A DNA stretch of 64,000 nt, from assembly GCA_001600815.1 (NCBI GenBank), contig BCKZ01000001.1, positions 664,613-728,612 of the forward strand, read 5' to 3'. The DNA comes from Alloascoidea hylecoeti. Lineage: Eukaryota. Both the position numbers and the translations under genes were made by a program. Within the stretch, counting starts at the first letter, position 1. Every line of letters begins with the position of its first letter. Below the pieces are notes generated by a model, which had not been told where the DNA came from, did no database searches, and was given only the letters and a program-made list of their open reading frames with translations. Below, in pieces: positions 21,269-32,816 of this stretch.

Positions 21269-23044
21269 TTCTGGTAAATAATAATTAGTTTGGTTTAATC
21301 GATTAGGATTATTGCTTTTTATTCATCTCTCAATTGTCAAAATCTCCATTAATATCTTTGGTTGCCTCGAATACATGTACTTGTTTACAACTTGAAAAAT
21401 CTAGTATATATTAAATCTTTGATCCTTTTATATTTAGCGCGTGCGATTTTATTTGGTTTATAACAGTATAAGATAATCATGACTATATAGTATAGAGAGG
21501 ACAATTCCAATATTCATTGGTATTGATTAATCAACACATGTTTAAATTTATTACATTATATAAGTTTACAGTCATTAAAACTAATAATCTAACAGAAAGT
21601 ATTTAATGAGGAAGCCACATCATAGAGACAAATAAAAAATATAATTTATAGCAACAAAATACGAACAGCCATTAAAATATTGTCTGATGTGACTTTACAT
21701 GCTATCGTGTGTGAATATTTTGTCTCTATTATGAATCAAAATATGATTGAATTATAAAGGATATTATTTAAGCCTATATAATATTATGTAGATCGCGAAG
21801 AGGAGATACAGTATACGTATGTTTATAAACCTTACATATATAAATTTATATGTAAGTTACAGCTATAGTTCCTTTTTTAACCTTACTTCCTATTAACGGA
21901 TGAAGTCTCACTGTAAGGCCTTTGTGACCCGACCTCTAGATAAATCCAAGACCGCGGGCACTATATCCAGATATTCTCATAACCATGTCTAGTGATAACT
22001 TCTCAGTCAAGATGACAGTCTAAATGCCATTATTTGGGTGTGGTGAATCACAAATATTTTGTCGCACGTCAAAACCGATGTAATAGAATCTCGTCCTTGG
22101 ATTTTAATTACAACAGGATTGTAAAGAAACCAACCCAACTTCAAAGGTTGGCTCTTATGATCTACTGCTTTTAGTCAACAAAATATATATTAAAGACTAA
22201 CTTCGTGATAACTTCTTGATAACTTCTCACTGTTGGAAATTTCTCTAAGCTTCCATCGCGAGATCTAGGTTAAGGAAGAAACTGAGATACATGCAAGTCA
22301 TTCTGTTACTTGGTATGTATTTTTTTTTTAATTTTACATATAATTTCCAATTAAAATATCTAATTAATTGAAATATTCTAACTAAAAATTATTAAATCAC
22401 TCCAAAATTATAAAACCTCTTCTTCTTCTTCTTTATCTCTCTTTCATTTCTCTTCTTATTTGTTTTTATCATATCTCTTTCTTAGTACACAGAAAAACTA
22501 AGATCTCGAGTATTAATCATGATCAAATTGTTTTTCAGTAGATGTAATTAGGAATATAACAATAGTCACTGGGCAGTGATGTCAAAATCATTCATATAGT
22601 GCCAAACCTCTACCTCTTAATTAAATATCTATCTACATGTGTTTCTTTTTCTCTTTTATACTTTTCTCTTTTACCTATCTTATAAGGTTATACAATTTCC
22701 GTCATATTTCTGGTGGTGTTCCGACGTATCTGATACCCCTGCTTAGTTCTAATGCCTTTTCTATAAACTGTTCCCGGGCCCTTGGTTTCTATATATATTT
22801 GATATTATCAGTTCTTTGATTCCTATGGCTACTATGTCGGAGCATGATTTTCTAAAATATATTTTTATGTTATCGCAGTCTTCAAACATATGCTTTATAT
22901 CATCTTGTCCTTGTTGACATAAACTTATAACTTATGTTGGCACAAATCAGAAGCTATACTGATGAATGGCATTGAAATAGAGACAGTTTATTCACATGCC
23001 TCTATATAACTAGATAATCTTAAAATTTCCGATTTCCAAGAAGT

Positions 23045-23129
23045 GCCTTGCTAGCTCAATCGGTAGAGCGTGTGACTCTTAATAACCATTGTAATCACAA
23101 GGTTGGGGGTTCGAGCCCCCCGTAGGGCT
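23045..23129 (+). tRNA. tRNA-Lys (CTT) with a 12-nt intron (23082-23093)
   Basis: GCCTTGC/GTAGGGC acceptor stem, A box TAGCTCAATCGG, anticodon stem TGTGA/TCACA around CTCTTA^A, B box GGTTCGAGCCC, T5 terminator after the gene. Confidence 0.96.
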
Positions 23130-23735
23130 TCATTTTTGTTCGTCATTCAGGGTATGGATTGGCACCTCTCCGTAGCGCAGCCGTTTGTTATTTTTAAAAA
23201 AATCAGGTTTGATTCATTTCCTCTTTAGATCCTTAATTGAATCGAATTTGAAGAAAAAAATTCTAATTTTGACTGAACTTTTAGGTCTGGTGTTGCGGCT
23301 GGCCTTAATTGAAAGCATTGAAGTAACATGATAGCAATTGACAATAACTTAATTAGTTATTAGAAGGAAAATTGAAAGTCACTTATAACTTATATAAATT
23401 TATAGTTGTATTAGATAAAACATGGTCACTCGCTATAGATATAATAATAATTTCAAATATAATAATGTTTAAATTTGAAGGTGGTGTGTAATACACGTAC
23501 CCTGGTGATCATGGTATTATCATAGTATAGTAAAAAATTCGCGAACATATTATAATCACGTTTATGCTTATAAATTGAAAATGATTTTTGAGATCAGCCT
23601 TCTGTTTCTTTTATTTGTCTTTATAACTAAGATTTCAAAAACAAAGTTCCAAGCTTTTAAATCTGATCTTACGTCACTATCACGATATAAAACTTATATT
23701 AGCAGCTGTGTACCTATAACTTACATAAGCATATA

Positions 23736-24602
23736 ATGGTTGAGGTCACATCTACTAAACTTTTATCATCTGGGTATAAGATTCCATCGATTGCTTTAGG
23801 AACCTACAATATTCCACGACATATAACAGCAGAGGTTGTGTACAATGCTTTGAAAATTGGATACCGCCAATTTGATTGTGCATATCTTTATGGGAATGAA
23901 AGAGAAGTAGGACAAGGAATATATAAATGGCTCCAGGAAAGTGAAGACCATAAACGTGAAGATGTATTTTATACCACAAAAATTTGGAATAGTCAATTTG
24001 GCTATAATAGAGCCAAAAGTGCTATTGATGGCTGCCTTAAAGAAGTTGAAAAACTTGGATATATTGATTTGGTGTTGGTTCACTCTCCTTTATGTTCTCC
24101 AGCAGATAGACTAGGAAATTGGAAAGCTTTACAAGAAGCTGTCGAGGAGGGTAAAGTTCGATCCATTGGTGTGTCAAGTTATGGAATCCATCACTTAGAA
24201 CAACTTTTGAATTGGGATAATTTGAAAATTAAACCCGTTGTTAATCAAATAGAACTTTCACCCTGGCTTATGAGAACTGAAATAACCAAGTTTTGTTTTG
24301 AACATAATATTGCACTTCAAGCATATGCTCCTTTAACACAGGGTGAAAGATTGTCGGGAGAATTGTCTACAGATTCCACTTTAAACGAACTCTGTAAAAA
24401 ATATAACAAAACAGCAGCCCAAATCTTAATTCGTTGGAGTTTGCAACAAGGATTCATTCCATTACCTAAAGCTGCCAATCCAGTTCATCTGCAAAGTAAC
24501 TTTGATGTGTTTAGTTTTTCGATTTCAGATGAGGATGTTAATAAATTAAGTGATCCAGATTCCTATTCTCCAACTGATTGGGAATGCACAAATGCACCTT
24601 AG
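23736..24602 (+). CDS. Aldo-keto reductase (YJR096W-like), 288 aa
   Basis: GYRQFDCAYLYGNE (catalytic D/Y), REDVFYTTKIW (K), YIDLVLVHSP (H), VRSIGVSSY, PVVNQIELSPW, LIRWSLQQGFIPLPK; ends PTDWECTNAP like the yeast YJR096W family. Confidence 0.95.
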   Translation: MVEVTSTKLLSSGYKIPSIALGTYNIPRHITAEVVYNALKIGYRQFDCAYLYGNEREVGQGIYKWLQESEDHKREDVFYTTKIWNSQFGYNRAKSAIDGCLKEVEKLGYIDLVLVHSPLCSPADRLGNWKALQEAVEEGKVRSIGVSSYGIHHLEQLLNWDNLKIKPVVNQIELSPWLMRTEITKFCFEHNIALQAYAPLTQGERLSGELSTDSTLNELCKKYNKTAAQILIRWSLQQGFIPLPKAANPVHLQSNFDVFSFSISDEDVNKLSDPDSYSPTDWECTNAP

Positions 24603-24837
24603 TTGATACATTCTCTGAAATAAAAACAAAAGTGTGAAAACCACTTCCATATTTGATTTATAATAATTAATTACAAATTATATAATTATATTAGTTTTCT
24701 TGATAATTATCAATATTAACAATTGCAATAGGCCTAAGTCATTTGATCCTTTAATGCGGACAGATATGGCGTATGGATGTATCTATGTCATAAACTTATT
24801 GGAATTCTACATAACCAAAAATTCATGAAAAAGTAAA

Positions 24838-25380
24838 ATGTCCGCATCAACACAAAATGTAAAAGGAGGTTTGAAATATGCTTCAAAATGTTTTCTAATA
24901 ATGTTAACATGGGTTCCAGTTGTGATCACCATTCAAGATCGAGTTTGCTTTTATTCTCACGTTTCTGGAATATCAATGAAACCAACACTTAATCCAGATT
25001 CAAATCATGGATCTGACGATATTGTTTTAGTTTGGAAATTTGGCATTAAATCAAATATGGCTCTAAAAATTGGTGATGTTGTTTTATTACATTCTCCAAC
25101 AAATCCTAATCAACCTATAGTTAAAAGAATAAAGGGAATACAAGGCGATGAAATTATAACGAAAAATCCTTATCCAAGGAAAATATGCACAATACCACAG
25201 AATCATTTATGGCTAGAAGGAGATGGGAATCATTCGACTGATAGTAATGTATTTGGGCCTGTATCAAAAGGTTTAGTCATAGGGAAAGTAACGAGGATTT
25301 TATATCCTTTTTATAGATTTGGCGCTTTACCAGATGGAGGACGTGAAGCTAGAGTTTCAAAATTGAGAAATTTGGAATAA
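24838..25380 (+). CDS. IMP2: Mitochondrial inner membrane peptidase subunit 2, 180 aa
   Basis: N-terminal TM ending WVPV, catalytic Ser in GISMKPTLNP, Lys in VKRIKG, and HLWLEGDGNHSTDSNVFGPVSKGL. Confidence 0.92.
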   Translation: MSASTQNVKGGLKYASKCFLIMLTWVPVVITIQDRVCFYSHVSGISMKPTLNPDSNHGSDDIVLVWKFGIKSNMALKIGDVVLLHSPTNPNQPIVKRIKGIQGDEIITKNPYPRKICTIPQNHLWLEGDGNHSTDSNVFGPVSKGLVIGKVTRILYPFYRFGALPDGGREARVSKLRNLE

Positions 25381-25590
25381 TTTAAATGAAATCTTGATTC
25401 TAAATGTGAATTGGAAAACTTCATATCACGACTTAATAACTTCGATTTATATTGCATTTTTTCATAGAAGATATATAGACAACCATAATGATTTAAATTC
25501 GTATAGATTATCGCATATTTACTTTTCACGATTCAATTATTTAATTTATGACTATGTGTCAATTGTTCATAATTCTATCATTTATATTTA

Positions 25591-25620
25591 TTTATGTTTA
25601 TGTTTATGTTTATGTTTATG
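25591..25620. repeat. (TTTATG)5 hexanucleotide microsatellite
   Basis: Five perfect units read directly. Confidence 0.9.
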
Positions 25621-25912
25621 TTTATAATTACTTGTTCATTAATATTTTTTCCAAATGTCATACATTTTTTAAAGTAAAACCCAGTCATCCATTTTCGATC
25701 GTTTTAATATTTCACACCTCTTTAAATTGCATTCATTGCAAATGATTTATTGATTTACCATTTTTGATGATATAGTAAACAATTACAAACAACTAGAAGC
25801 TTTTTTCTTCTCAACTAAACAACATTATATTTATGACTTCACAATATCTTCAAACTTTTATTTATATTCAACAAATATCGAGTATAAAAACAACATTAAC
25901 TTACACAAAATA

Positions 25913-27478
25913 ATGACACCATCACAGGACCATAATAATAATCCACAAACTCAAATACAAGTCGCAGCATCAGAAACTAATACTAACAATGAAAACAACA
26001 ATACTTCAAGCAAACATGACAATAATATATTCTTAAATAATAATAAAATTCCCGAATTTAAAATAAATAATGATAATGAATCAACATCTTCATTAAAACA
26101 AAATGATTCTATTACAGAAGAAATTTTTAAAAATGACAATAATAATGATTTCTTCAAACGACATAGTGAATCTATCCCAAATCAAATTGAATTTGATGAA
26201 GAATCTCAGGTTTCTGATCTAGATACAACTGATGATGAATATAATAAAAGTGATACTAGTAACAATACAAAGAAAAAGAATGGCAAGTTATCAGTTGAAA
26301 ATTTTAAAAAAAATAAACCATATTTATTCTTAGAATCAAATAAACTATCACCAAGATCATTAACATCTTTAGGATTTAAATATTCACAATCAGCAAGGGA
26401 TTCAAAATTTAAAGAAAGTGATTTAAATATCTATAATGAAAAGGAAAAACATATTGATTTGAATGAAAATTCTAAATCTTCAGGTAATGATTATTTATCA
26501 AGAATGGTTGCTCCATCATTACCATCATCCCCAACATTTTCATCATCGATAGAATTATCAACAAATCCAAAAGATTCAAACTCAAAATTTTTAGTGCCTA
26601 ATAATGAGAAACAAATTAAAAAGAGTCAATCAATGTATCCATCAGCAAGTTCAAGATACTTATCAATTTTCACTCCATTAAAACAAAACTTTAGTTCAAC
26701 TCGATTAAATTTCTTCCATAATAATAACAATAATAATCAATATAACGATGATTCATCGGATTCTGAAATTCCATTATCAACTCTTTTCGTTGATAGATTA
26801 GCAAGATTATCAGATGTTACAGTAGGAAGTAATTCTGTCCCACCAGAAACTGAATATTTTGGATTTGGTTTATATTTATTTTCAGGAATTTCATTAATAA
26901 TTTATTTAATTTGGAGTTTTATACCACAAGAAATTTTAAATTATGTAGGAATTTATTATTATCCTTCAAAATGGTGGGCTGTTTCAATACCAAGTTTTAT
27001 ATTAATGCTTACATTATATATTTATATTGCTTTAAGTTTATATAATATTGAAATATTAACTAAACCTTTGGATAGTCTTGATATTATTACTGATGAAGTT
27101 TCAAAAATTGCAGTTTTTGATAATAATCTAAATAATACTACACAGAAAAGGAAAACCAAAAATCATAGAAAAAAAGTCAAATCACGTAAAAAAAGGTCAA
27201 ATATTAAATCACAATATTCAATGTTTGAAGCTGATATTGATACTGATATTGATACTGATACTGATATTAATAATGAAATTTCAAATACACAACAATCAAA
27301 TCCACAATTAAATATAAATTCAAATTTAAATAAATATTATTATTTTTGGAATCCAAGTAATGGTGTCTGGGATTTACCATTAATCGATATTTGTAAAGTT
27401 TTATATTCAACAACTGATGATGAAGAAGAAGAATTATCATCAGAAAATGATAATTATGAAATTACTATAGAGTATTAA
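25913..27478 (+). CDS. GPI19: GPI-GlcNAc transferase subunit Gpi19 (PIG-P) with long low-complexity N-terminal extension, 521 aa
   Basis: PIG-P core EYFGFGLYLFS..YLIWSFIP..GIYYYPSKWWAVSIPSF..YNIEILTKPLDSLDIITDE, and terminal GVWDLPLIDICKVLY. Confidence 0.9.
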   Translation: MTPSQDHNNNPQTQIQVAASETNTNNENNNTSSKHDNNIFLNNNKIPEFKINNDNESTSSLKQNDSITEEIFKNDNNNDFFKRHSESIPNQIEFDEESQVSDLDTTDDEYNKSDTSNNTKKKNGKLSVENFKKNKPYLFLESNKLSPRSLTSLGFKYSQSARDSKFKESDLNIYNEKEKHIDLNENSKSSGNDYLSRMVAPSLPSSPTFSSSIELSTNPKDSNSKFLVPNNEKQIKKSQSMYPSASSRYLSIFTPLKQNFSSTRLNFFHNNNNNNQYNDDSSDSEIPLSTLFVDRLARLSDVTVGSNSVPPETEYFGFGLYLFSGISLIIYLIWSFIPQEILNYVGIYYYPSKWWAVSIPSFILMLTLYIYIALSLYNIEILTKPLDSLDIITDEVSKIAVFDNNLNNTTQKRKTKNHRKKVKSRKKRSNIKSQYSMFEADIDTDIDTDTDINNEISNTQQSNPQLNINSNLNKYYYFWNPSNGVWDLPLIDICKVLYSTTDDEEEELSSENDNYEITIEY

Positions 27479-27529
27479 TACTAATATTAAGTTATTTATT
27501 TTATATTTGAAAAAAGAAGTTTAAAATTT

Positions 27530-27589
27530 AATGTCAATGTCAATGTCAATGTCAATGTTAATGGTTCTTTTTTTTTTTTTTTTTTTTTT
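27530..27589. repeat. (AATGTC)4 and a long poly-T tract in the convergent GPI19/PPZ 3' intergenic region
   Basis: Read directly from the sequence. Confidence 0.85.
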
Positions 27590-28235
27590 GTTAATAGTTG
27601 GTATAATTAGTTAATTTTCACATAGAATATAAATCTACACTGCTCATAACTAATAATAGCTAAGCGATAGATAGGCAGTATGTAACGTAACAATATAAAG
27701 AAATTTTTTTGTCTAACTGCTTCTTGTTTCTAAATCTTACTTTGATTTATATTTGTATTTATTTATCATTTAGATCCAAAAAAAAAAAAAAAATTAAACA
27801 GAATTAATATTTCAATTCATTTAAAAACAAGTAAAAATAAATAAATAAATAGCTAAAAGACAATATAAATAAGTTTATAATATAATTATAAAACTTGATT
27901 TTTGTTTCTTCTTTCTTTCTTTCTTTTCCATTAAAATAAAATAATATAAAGTAGGAAAAGAAATGAAAGGTTTAAATTCGCAATTGATAAATCATTTAAG
28001 GAATGAATAAATTTTTTTTTTTTTTGAAAGGTGAATATAAGTAAAAAATCAAGTTAAGTTCCAAGTACGTACAACAAAAAAAAAAAAGAGTTAAGAAAGC
28101 AAATTAAAAGAAATAAAAAATCCAGTAAAAAAGCTAAAGTAAATTATAAGTTATCCATTTTCATTTTCAATTTCATTTTTAATTTCAATTTTTCTTTAAT
28201 ATTAATTAATATAATATAATATATCTTAATAGTAA

Positions 28236-29957
28236 TTATTGAACTGCATTATTATTACTTCCAGCAACCATTGAAGCATATCGTCTTTCATGTTTCCCTT
28301 TCTTCATAACTAGTTTTAAAGCACTTGAATCCAGAGGATCCAATAATTCAAAACTACATAATAATTCTTCAGAAACACTCATAACAGCCCCCCAATTATC
28401 GAATTCTCCACAATAATTTGGAGCAGAAAAAACCGTTACTAAACTTCTATCATTGAAAAATTCATAACCATCTTCAACAACCATATGAGCACGACAAACT
28501 AAATCAAATTGAAATTTTGCCAAAAATTTATTTATTGCAATTTTATTAAAACAATAAGAAACACCTCTTTCATTGTCTTCCCATTCTGTTGGGCCATCTG
28601 TTGGGTCTGACCATACTAAATCATTTAAAAGACCAAAATCCGGTATATCAGTTGGTCTTTGAATATTTCTAATTTCATCAATTGAATGTAATGAAGGACT
28701 TAAACCACCATGAACACAAAAGATTTTGGATGCAACTAAAGCAGTTATCGGTAAAGTATTAAAAGTATCAATAAATACTTTCCAAGTTTTAATATTACAT
28801 CTTCTTTTACATTCATCATAAAAACCATAAACTCTTGTAACGTTAGCACATTCATGATTTCCTCTTAGTAAAAAGAAATTTTCAGGATATTTTATCTTAT
28901 AACATAATAATAATAAAATTGTTTCTAAAGATTGTTTACCACGATCAACGTAATCACCTAAAAATAGGTAATTTGAAGCAGGTGGGAAACCACATTTTGT
29001 AAAAATTCGAATTAAATCACTATATTGTCCATGAACATCACCAACTATTTTAACAGGTGGAGTTAATTCTAATAAGGTCGGTTGACTTAAGAATATTTCT
29101 CTTGCCTTTTGACAAATTGTTGCAATTTCCGAATTTTTAAGACATATTGATTTTGCCTTTTTACCACTATATCCTGCATCAAGAAGCCGCTGGATTAATT
29201 CTTCAACATCTAAAGGTTGTTGTGGCTGTATTGAATTATTTGCTATAGATGGAGATTGATTTGAAAAAGAACTAATTATTGGAGTTGATAAAGATGATCC
29301 ACTTCGATGTGGAGATAACGCTCCATTTAAAGAAGTTGATTGGATTGGAGTGTGCGGCCTTGAACCGCCACCTAGACTTGAACTTGGTTGATAAGATGAA
29401 TTATTATCATCATTAGTTGTTTCAGAAGAAGGGTTCGTTGAATGTGAATTTGAATTTGAATTTGATTGTGATTGCGATAGAATTATCGGAGAAGATGGAT
29501 TTGAAGTACCTAAAGAGATTTGAGGAATAGAAACAGAACCAGATCTTGAATTATTTGTAAGAATTGGAGAAGAATTATCATGATTTCTTAAGTTATTTAT
29601 TAAAATAGGTTCTTTTGGTTCTAATTGAACCATTGAAGGAGGTAAATTTCTCAGTGTAGTCGGAGAAGAAGAAGAAGCAATTTGAATATCATTAGTTAGT
29701 TGAGGATCAATTGAGAGATCCGGCCGAGGTCTTCCAGACTGTGCATGAGATTGCTGAGTTACATCATTTGATTGAGAAGTTGGCTGAAGGATCGGGGAAT
29801 TACTCACAGAAGCCACCGAACCGGAAAGACTTCTTCGGGATCGTATTGAACGAGATGAACGAATGGATCGTGAAGATCGGATGGAGTTTTGCGTGTCCTG
29901 TCGTAAAAAAGGAGGATGCTGTGGGGAATCTAACGATTTTGAGCTTGAATTTCCCAT
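28236..29957 (-). CDS. PPZ1: Protein phosphatase Z (PPP family), 573 aa
   Basis: Myristoylation start MGNSSSK, Ser-rich N-terminal half, catalytic [32 protein letters not shown]. Corresponds to the PPZ1/PPZ2 pair. Confidence 0.96.
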   Translation of the reverse strand: MGNSSSKSLDSPQHPPFLRQDTQNSIRSSRSIRSSRSIRSRRSLSGSVASVSNSPILQPTSQSNDVTQQSHAQSGRPRPDLSIDPQLTNDIQIASSSSPTTLRNLPPSMVQLEPKEPILINNLRNHDNSSPILTNNSRSGSVSIPQISLGTSNPSSPIILSQSQSNSNSNSHSTNPSSETTNDDNNSSYQPSSSLGGGSRPHTPIQSTSLNGALSPHRSGSSLSTPIISSFSNQSPSIANNSIQPQQPLDVEELIQRLLDAGYSGKKAKSICLKNSEIATICQKAREIFLSQPTLLELTPPVKIVGDVHGQYSDLIRIFTKCGFPPASNYLFLGDYVDRGKQSLETILLLLCYKIKYPENFFLLRGNHECANVTRVYGFYDECKRRCNIKTWKVFIDTFNTLPITALVASKIFCVHGGLSPSLHSIDEIRNIQRPTDIPDFGLLNDLVWSDPTDGPTEWEDNERGVSYCFNKIAINKFLAKFQFDLVCRAHMVVEDGYEFFNDRSLVTVFSAPNYCGEFDNWGAVMSVSEELLCSFELLDPLDSSALKLVMKKGKHERRYASMVAGSNNNAVQ

Positions 29958-30110
29958 ATTTTTATATATTTATTTTATTTTACTTATTTTGATGTATTTG
30001 TATTTTGGTGAAGACGGAAGGTAAAAAAGTGAAAGCAAAAAAGTGGGTGTAAAAATATGATGATAAAAGGTGCATGGATTTTATTCTATTTTAGTTCAAT
30101 TATATACAAA

Positions 30111-31583
30111 TTATTTAAATCCAGCACTTTCTCTTTCTCTTTCTCTTTTTATCTCTGTCTCTTTTCGCGGGATTATTCCTACAAATTTATACGATTTGCC
30201 CATTTCCTTCGGACCATCTCCCGTTATTCTATAGAAACCGTCGATTATTCGGGCAGCTGCGATTTCGTTCGATTCTTTTGAGTTTAGCGTCTCCACCAGC
30301 TGAGTAGCTCTTTGTACGATTCCCATTTGAAACAACCAGGATCTCTGCTCAACAGGACCCAGCACAGAAACATTGGCACTTTCCTTCGCGGCTTCCGCTA
30401 TCGCCTGGAAGTCAACGTCCGCCGATAAATCCGCTTTCCCCGGTGCTTCGAACGGATCCACGAATTTGTGTTTGGAAATGGCGCGAACAGACTCCTCGGG
30501 AATTGAATCTGCTGGGCCGTAATCAATAATTAGAGCTCCTCCCTTGTCTTTCCGTTCAATGCTTTGACTGATCATTCGAATGAAATCCCACGCTTCTGGA
30601 CAGATCTCAATCTTACTCCCGGTTTCCAAATCTCGGTATCGATCCGCTGACATTGGAATTACTTCAGAAGCTGGTGTTGCTTGTGGCTGAACCGTTAAAT
30701 GAAATGTTTTGTACTTGGAATCTTTTTGTCCCGGAGAATAATCAACAACCATTTCTCTCCATCCTTCCTCGGTTTTGCTAAACTTTCGTATTGGTAACGC
30801 ATCGAAAAACTCATGTGCGATGAAAAACGTAGCAGTATCAACATCTTTATCATATGCACTAAAATCTTTATCTGTTTCTAACCATCGTACTTCATTACCC
30901 CATTTACTAATAGAAACAAAACTTCCATCTTCATTACTTTCAAAAACATGTTCTCCACAGAGTTTTTTCCGTTGTGATTCTCTTAATGTTGGACTTGCCT
31001 CAATCATAACAATTTCATCAATTTTACCACCTATGGATTTAAATTGATTAATTGTCCTTATAACGTCATCCATTAATGTCCCTCTACCAGGACCAAATTC
31101 AACAATCTTAAAGTTGGAAATCTTTTGTAAGCTAATTTCATTAATTATCCATATACCTACCATTTCTCCAAATAATTGTGAAATTTCTGGTGATGTTGTA
31201 AAATCACCTTGTGATCCCAAAGGATCTTTATTTATATAATAACCATATTGTGGGTTTGTTAGACATTGTCTCATGTATGATGAAAAAGGTATTGGGCCAG
31301 TAGTCTTCATAAACAGTTAGTTACTCTCGTTTGTTATATTATACTATCCTATACGTACTTCAATTGCTTTTGCTAATATTGCCGATAATCCTTCTAATCT
31401 TTCAATTGGTGGAGTTGTGATTGAAACAGGAGGAGTATATGGAGTTTGTCCTTTAACCAATTGATTCTTTTCTCCAGCTATAGTTGAATTAAACCGTGAT
31501 TGGAACAAACTTGATTTTTTAACAGACAATAGTCTAGTAGTAGATTTGAAGGTATTTCTATTAATATTGAAGATTCTGTTCAT
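30111..31583 (-). CDS. NDUFAF7: Mitochondrial arginine methyltransferase / complex I assembly factor NDUFAF7 (MidA), 2 exons (31583-31359, 31304-30111)
   Basis: Arg/Ser-rich presequence from ATG 31583. Intron 31358-31305 (GTACGT..ACTAAC..AAG) gives AKAIE/TTGPIPFSSYMRQCLT. Motifs GDFTTSPEISQLFGE, EFGPGRGTLMDD, AHEFFDALP, IDYG, PGKADLSADVDF. Confidence 0.92.
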
Positions 31584-31827
31584 TTTTTTAACATTGAATA
31601 TTTTGAATATCCAAATGGAAAGTTTTAAATTTAAATTTTTAAAATGGTACAGAAAAACATCCATCCAACTTTCATAGTTATTACAGCATATAATAGTCAT
31701 TTGATATGAGGAATAATCCGTGAATTTCATCAAAACTTATTCGTTGTAAAATGATAAATAATTCACCTTACATACAATTAATTATCTGTGGACCAAAACA
31801 TTATTCTTAATTCTTATTCTATTATAT

Positions 31828-32603
31828 TTATTGTATAGTTAAGTTTCTTTTAATTACAACCCACCAGTTATCCTTTTCATACCCATTGCTTACTACAATT
31901 CCTCCAGCACTAACAACATCTTTTTCCAATTCTCCTTCTTCATATAAATGATAATAACGATACTTGACTTCCTCTTTCTCTTTTTCTTCTTTTTTATCTT
32001 CTCCTATTTCTTCTTCTTTATCACTCTTCCTTTTTTTCTGTTTGGTTTGTAAAACCCAAGGTACAAAAACATCAGGATCCATTCCTTTTTTATAACCTCT
32101 TCTAGAATTCTCCTGTTCCAAAGCCCACACATAAATCAGCGCTTCCCCATTCTCATTCAACATCGATAAAATCCTCCTAACCGCCTCAATTCTTCTCTCG
32201 GGTGTTGAAAAATGATGTATTACAGCAATACTTATAGCGAAATCAAATCTATGTTCTTGATGTGGTAAGTATAAAGCATCACCAATTAAAACTTCAAACC
32301 CTTTAGAAGCTGCAATTTCTACAAGTCCTGTTGAATAATCAGATCCCAACATGAAGATTTTGGGATTTATGGAAAGATATTTACCATTTCCACATCCTAT
32401 ATCCAATCCTATTGATCCATCTTTTCGATTTTTTAAAAACTTTTCAACAATTGGCCAAGGCTATATTATTATCCATTAATATAATTATGTTCATACTTTT
32501 TTCTGTGAATTCTTACCTTATATCTTGTTTGTGAGAAATGAGAAGCTATCTCATTATATACTTTATGAACATATTGTTGTTCTTTTTCTATTGCATCTTC
32601 CAT
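31828..32603 (-). CDS. TRM9: tRNA mcm5U methyltransferase Trm9, 2 exons (32603-32517, 32460-31828)
   Basis: Exon 1 MEDAIEKEQQYVHKVYNEIASHFSQTRYK, intron 32516-32461 (GTAAGA..TAG), then PWPIVEKFL..DIGCGNGKY..FDFAISIAVIHHFST..IYVWALEQ..RYYHLY..YEKDNWW. Confidence 0.96.
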
Positions 32604-32816
32604 ATTTTTTATATCTTTTATGATTCTAGATACTATTTTAAAGAATTATAAAGTGTAGGGTAACGGTTATACTGGTACGGTATTTGTCAGCACCCCTAAC
32701 ACTTGTCAATTTCACACACTTTCGACTACACTTAAATTTCATTTAACTTAGCTTTTCAATTTTCAATTTTTTATATCATCACTGCTTTTGTCTCTCTTTC
32801 TACCTTTGCTAACTGA

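Noticed and set aside
23165..23183. tRNA-like 5' fragment CCTCTCCGTAGCGCAGCCG after tRNA-Lys
   Set aside because: Only an A-box-like stretch; no anticodon arm, T arm or B box.
25311..25745. Short ORFs with LCLCLC or YVYVYV tails
   Set aside because: Translations of the (TTTATG)5 microsatellite.
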